NCBI RefSeq assembly: GCF_028641065.1 | Contig: NC_073387.1 | Span: forward strand, 28,830,001-28,894,000 | Reading direction: 5' to 3' | Origin: Leucoraja erinacea | Lineage: Eukaryota | DNA: 64,000 bases | Part shown: piece by piece, positions 58,907 through 64,000 of the stretch | Layout: each line of letters starts with the position of its first letter | Position numbering within the stretch: the first letter of the stretch is position 1 | Program-made: the position numbers and the translations under genes | The notes under the pieces: generated by a model | Told to the model about the DNA's origin: nothing | Database searches by the model: none | The model's input: only the letters and a program-made list of their open reading frames with translations

Positions 58907-60304
58907 TTGACCCTTGACCCTTGAGAAAGGAAGGTAAGATTGAAAGATGTTTGCGAGGACTCCATTCATCAGATGTTAATGTGCAGATACAGCAGATACA
59001 ATGGTCTTCCTTCTTTGTCCCGCTCTGAGGAGTCACCCTCCCCTGCTGGGTAAAGGACTACACAAGTTTCTAAACAGTCCATGTGAATGCCAACCCGCAA
59101 CCACTGCCTACTGCCCTCACCCCCACCCCTTCTAACAATAGTTAAGGTTGTATGCTTATATCCATGTTCACTGGACACTCCTGAATATTTAAGAATTGCT
59201 ATTTGGAAAGGGTACATTGGGGAATTATTATCCCCTAACCTTTGAATATTATAATAAAGAGAAAATTGGAGAATTTAAAAATAAGATATTATCAATAGAT
59301 AATCTGCCAAATTAATTGAAGAATTTCTTCCAAGCTGTCATGAGATACAGCATGGAAACAGGCCCTTCGGCCAAGCAATCCCCGCATATTAACACAAGCC
59401 TACACACACTAGGGACAATTTTTCTTGTACACCTATACCAAATATACAAACCCAAGCCAATTTACCTACACACCTGTACGTCTTTGGAGTGTGGGAGGAA
59501 ACCGAAGATCTCAGAGAAAACCCACACAGTCACGGGGAGAAAGTACAAACTCCATACAGACAGCGTCCGTAGTCGGGATCGTACCTGGATCGCTGCTGCT
59601 GTAAGCACTGTAATGCAGCAACTCAACCACTGCATCACCGAACAGACCTGTTTGAAAGTTTCCAGTGTGATTGTATCTAAGGCATTACTAGATTCAAGAT
59701 CTGTATCCAGCTGAGTACACTCCAAGTAATACACTCCATATTAGTGTTTTGCATTAGTAGAACCATTGTTCTAAAACTGTGATAACAAAAACTGATTACC
59801 ATTTGCAGATTTCAATCATAACACTATATTGAGTAGTTAAGTGCATCTGTCTGTCTTATACCATTGTGCCAAGTACTTTGTTGGTTTCCGATAATATTTG
59901 ACTAGTGATATTAATAATGTTTTATTACATTCTGTATTAAATGAATGATAATGAATTTACATTTTATTTCTAAGTGTACTCTCAGCAGGAAGAGGTTTTG
60001 AGATATGCAATAAAATAGTTTCTACTCAAATAGAATACGTGTTGTGGGCTATGTAGCCGAACAAACATTAAATAAAAAATATTCTTCCTCACATGGACCT
60101 TATTGAACAACTATATACCAACTTTAAATACATTTAATTCTTGGTCATTGTTATCTACAATGAGTCAGTTTTGTTCTCATTCATGATTGAATATATTGAA
60201 TGAATGCTCAAATGCATTGACCCTTGACCCTTGAGAAAGGAAGGTAAGATTGAAAGATGTTTGCGAGGACTCCATTCATCAGATGTTAATGTGCAGATAC
60301 AGCA
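58907..60304 (+). repeat. Exact 88-bp direct duplication (58907-58994 and 60217-60304)
   Basis: TTGACCCTTGACCCTTGAGAAAGG...GTGCAGATACAGCA is identical at both sites. Confidence 0.92.
59340..59640 (-). mobile_element. V-SINE (HE1-like)
   Basis: GTGTGGGAGGAAACCGAAGATCTC..ACAGACAGC..GTAGTCGGGATCG. Confidence 0.8.
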
Positions 60305-60911
60305 TTATCTACTGCAGTTGTACAGGGTCTTGGTGAGACCACACCTGGAGTATTGCGTACAGTTTTGTTCTCCAAATCTGAGGAAGGACATTATTGCCAT
60401 AGAGGGAGTGCAGAGAAGGTTCACCAGACTGATTCCTGGGATGTCAGGACTGTCTTATGAAGAAAGACTGGATAGACTTGGTTTATACTCTCTAGAATTT
60501 AGGAGATTGAGAGGGGATCTTATAGAAACTTACAAAATTCTTAAGGGGTTGGACAGGCTAGATGCAGGAAGATTGTTCCCGATGTTGGGGAAGTCCAGGA
60601 CAAGGGGTCACAGCTTAAGGATAAGGAGGAAATCCTTTAAAACCGAGATGAGGAGAACTTTTTTCACACAGAGAGTGGTGAATCTCTGGAACTCTCTGCC
60701 ACAGAGGGTAGTTGAGGCCAGTTCATTGGCTATATTTAAGAGGGAGTTAGATGTGGCCCTTGTGGCCAAGGGAATCGGAGGGTATGGAGAGAAGGCAGGT
60801 ACGGGATACTGAGTTGGATGATCAGCCATGATCGTATTGAATGGCGGTGCAGGCTCGAAGGGCCGAATGGCCTACTCCTGCACCTAATTTCTATGTTTCT
60901 ATGTTTCTATG
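60305..60911 (+). mobile_element. Young CR1 LINE 3' fragment with open ORF2 C-terminus
   Basis: LQLYRVLVRPHLEYCVQF..IEGVQRRFTRLIPG..RLRGDLIETYK..RVVNLWNSLP, with (TTTCTATG)n tail. Confidence 0.92.
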
Positions 60912-61084
60912 CCTCATGTTATTGCAGGTACTATTTTAAAGAAGATTGGTTGATAAAATTGGAAGCTCAAAGACTTATTAAACTTCATTTGGATTCTATT
61001 CACTGGGCTATTTAATGCTTTTGGGGAAGGACATTGTGATCCCTCATAAACACCATTTCCCATCTCCCACTGAATTCTGTCTTT

Positions 61085-61223
61085 AATTTGTGTACTAGTC
61101 ATGTCTCTACTATTTATTTCATTCCGCTTACATGTTTTTCCTCTACTTGCTAAATTTTTGTAAGGTGTCCTTGAAACTCTTGAAAGGCGCCCATAAATAA
61201 AATTTATTATTATTATTATTATT
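61085..61223 (+). mobile_element. L2-type LINE/SINE 3' end
   Basis: TGTAAGGTGTCCTTGA..TGAAAGGCGCCCATAAATAAA followed by (TTA)n. Confidence 0.55.
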
Positions 61224-62807
61224 TCAGATTTTAAAATGCAACATGTGTTGAGCCTGAAGCAGCAAAACCAGAATTTAAATCATATTATCCTGAATTTCCA
61301 ATTTTATTAATTTTGGACAATGTAGGCACTTTAGAACTTTAGCTCTCCTCAGACACCAAGCATTTTTGTGTTGACAAAGTGTTGCCCATACAATAGGAGA
61401 CAGGGCCATCATTTGACCTCCATAGCCAATATTCTGTACTGTTTATTTCAGCAGATTTGAATATTTAGGGATGGATAGCTTTGTTTCTTTAGTTCAGAGA
61501 TACAGTGTGGAAACAGGCCCTTCGACCCACCTAGTTCATGCCAACCAACGATCACCTGTGCACTAGTTGTATCCTACACACTAGGGACACTGTGCCACCC
61601 TATAAGTGTGTTGCAGAACATTCAATGTCATTGCCCATGTGAAAATACTAGTAACAATGTCCTTCCAATCAGATATGTTGACATGATGTAACTTGGCAGT
61701 GCGGATTGTCTCTTTGTTCAGTTTTCACCACTATTTTTGGAACCTGCTGTTACCTCAGGAAAGGAACCCACTAGATTCACGGCAATGAAGGTTACTTTAA
61801 AAGTAATTGTTTTGTCTGATGTCTTGTTCTGAAAGGATCAAAATCCCTTGGCTTAATTCAGCTTTTCAAAATTAAAGATTCATGGGCATCCACTGTTGAC
61901 TGAAAATCTACTCATTCTTAACAACAACCAAAGTAAGTGTCACAAATGCCATACATTATACACCATTTTCCTTTTTTGCATTAAAGGAATATATTGAAAA
62001 TATGAATAACTTGCTAAATGTGGTATGGTCGATAAAATTATCTAATTTTTTTAAGCTATCTTTCAGCATTACTGGTTTAATCACAATTAGGTGCAAACTA
62101 ACTCAGTTTTTATTGCAAAGTCTGGGTTTTCAATTGATCCAAAATAAATTAAAGTTTGAATGCGTGATATTTGACTGGAAACTGAAATAATCATTCAATT
62201 TGTATCACTCATGTCTGTGCATGTCTGTGTGCTTAATTTATTTAATTTGTAATTTGTTTATAATTATTTTGATTTTGGCTGTGTGTTCCAAACTGTCATG
62301 ATTTAATTCAGACCAATTATATTTATCAAGATAATAGTTCTCTCTTTTTCTTGTAATTAAGTTATGAGCAGAATTTTACGTGTTTAATATATTGAATTGT
62401 TGTTTCTTAAATAGTTATATATTTAAAAATTCTGTATGATCTAATATTTAAGATTTAAAAGTGGAGAACCTCAACAGAGGCTGCAAACTCCAACAGTTTT
62501 TATTATCTCAGCCTTTTGCCCATCTACCTTGAGTGGATTTTGCAATTATATATAAAGGCAACAGCATTGACAATAAAGGACAGGAAAACAAATGAAGAGA
62601 TTGGGACACAAATTAAACGATTAAGCCACCAAAAATAAAAATGAGGAATATAAATTAAAATGGTGAAGCATTTTAAAGCCATAAAGAAAATAACTATCAA
62701 TAAAGTTACCATTACACGGAAATATACAAAATAAACTCACAGCAATGGCAGAAATATTAATTATAGAAAACAAACACTGGCAGGCAAGGAATAGCAGGTA
62801 TTTAAAT

Positions 62808-63135
62808 TTAGTTTAGTTTACTTTAGTTTATTTTGGAGATACAGTGTGGGATCAGGCCCTTGGCCCCTGAGTCCATACCAACCTGCGACCCCCGCACATT
62901 AGCACTATCCTACAGGCACTAGGAACAATTTACATTTGTACCATGACAGTTAACCTACAAACCTGCACGTCTTTGAAGTGTGGGAGGAAACCGAAGATCT
63001 CGGAGAAAACCCATCCAGTCATGGGGAGAACGTACTAACTCCAGACAGATAGCACCCATAATTGGGATCGAACCGGGGCTCAGGCACAGCAAGCGCTGTA
63101 AGGCAGCAACTCTCCCGCTGTGTCACCGTACTGCG
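62808..63135 (-). mobile_element. V-SINE (HE1-like)
   Basis: (TTTAG)n tail, V-domain and tRNA-like head. Confidence 0.8.
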
Positions 63136-63334
63136 AGGCATAAAAGGATATGCATCTAATGGAAGCAAATGGGATTTGTGTGGAAGGGCAAAAATGACAT
63201 CGTGGACAGAATGGCCAGTTTCTATGCTTTAATACTCTATGATTCTTTGACACTCAAAAAGTAAGCAGCATTTGTGGAAAACAGGAGTTAATATTTCAGG
63301 TCTATGTCTCTGATATGTGAACTTTGTTTCCCTC

Positions 63335-64000
63335 TCAATCAATGGTTCAATGGTTCGTTATTGTCACGTATGCACTGCATGGTGAAATTCTTGCACCCAT
63401 CACCATTTACAAAAGAAAAATAAAAAGTCCAAAGTCTGATCAACATGCTGGGTGTACTGGAGCACCCCCAACCCTGGCTGCTGCAGGGCCTCCTCTGTAC
63501 TGGCATGCCCCCAACCCAGGCTGCTGCAGGGCCTCTTCCATTGTCCTCGACCAGCTTGGCGCATCAACCAACGTCCCTCTCCTCGCCCGACTCCCACTGT
63601 GTCCATGGGGGTATTTGAAGGGACTGGAGGCAATTCCCCGATCCCTCTCCTAATGGCCAGTCCTTGTGTGGGGCATCACCAACGACTGCATCACCTACAT
63701 CATCAGCGGCTGCCTCTTCCTTGACTCTGTGGTCGTCGGGACCAAACTCGGTGGCTTCGGGGCTGCCCCCCATAGGCAGCGAGCCACTGGGTCCTCTTTC
63801 ACAGCATCTTACATGCCTGCCCCATGCATGTGGCCATGGGCAGCCCATCTTTGGTCCATCTTTATTCTCGGCGGCTGCCGGGTCAGTCCTTGTTTGGCAC
63901 CATGGTACATCCCGGGAGCTTTTTGCTGTCACCACCGCGCACATGATGGAAGCTTTCTGTCTCTGCCTCGTACATCCCGAGATCTCCCGAGAATTTTTTA
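63335..64000 (-). mobile_element. Unclassified GC-rich retroposon
   Basis: (TCAATGGT)n tail on the plus strand, similar to the tail at about 53455-53475, plus a GC-rich body. Confidence 0.35.

Overview
Repeat-dense vertebrate genomic DNA, most likely from a cartilaginous fish (skate or ray). This is inferred from HE1-like V-SINEs, CR1 3' ends, Rex/Babar LINEs and Neptune-type Penelope-like elements (PLEs). No host protein-coding gene could be confidently identified, so the window looks intronic or intergenic. The main feature is an apparently intact 4.8-kb DIRS1-type tyrosine-recombinase retrotransposon (8752-13568). It has gag, RT-RNaseH-methyltransferase and YR ORFs, inverted terminal repeats, an internal complementary region that matches both ends perfectly, and ATT termini. 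It also carries two donor/acceptor pairs that would give gag unspliced, pol singly spliced, and YR doubly spliced using the pol ATG in frame. Other contents: a pol-less ERV-like element with an apparently capsid-deleted gag, many PLE termini with hammerhead-ribozyme-like cores (one a 189-bp palindrome), Helitron-like pieces, MITEs, nested LINEs, local templated duplications and two assembly gaps. Boundaries of old repeats are approximate because they were read by eye.
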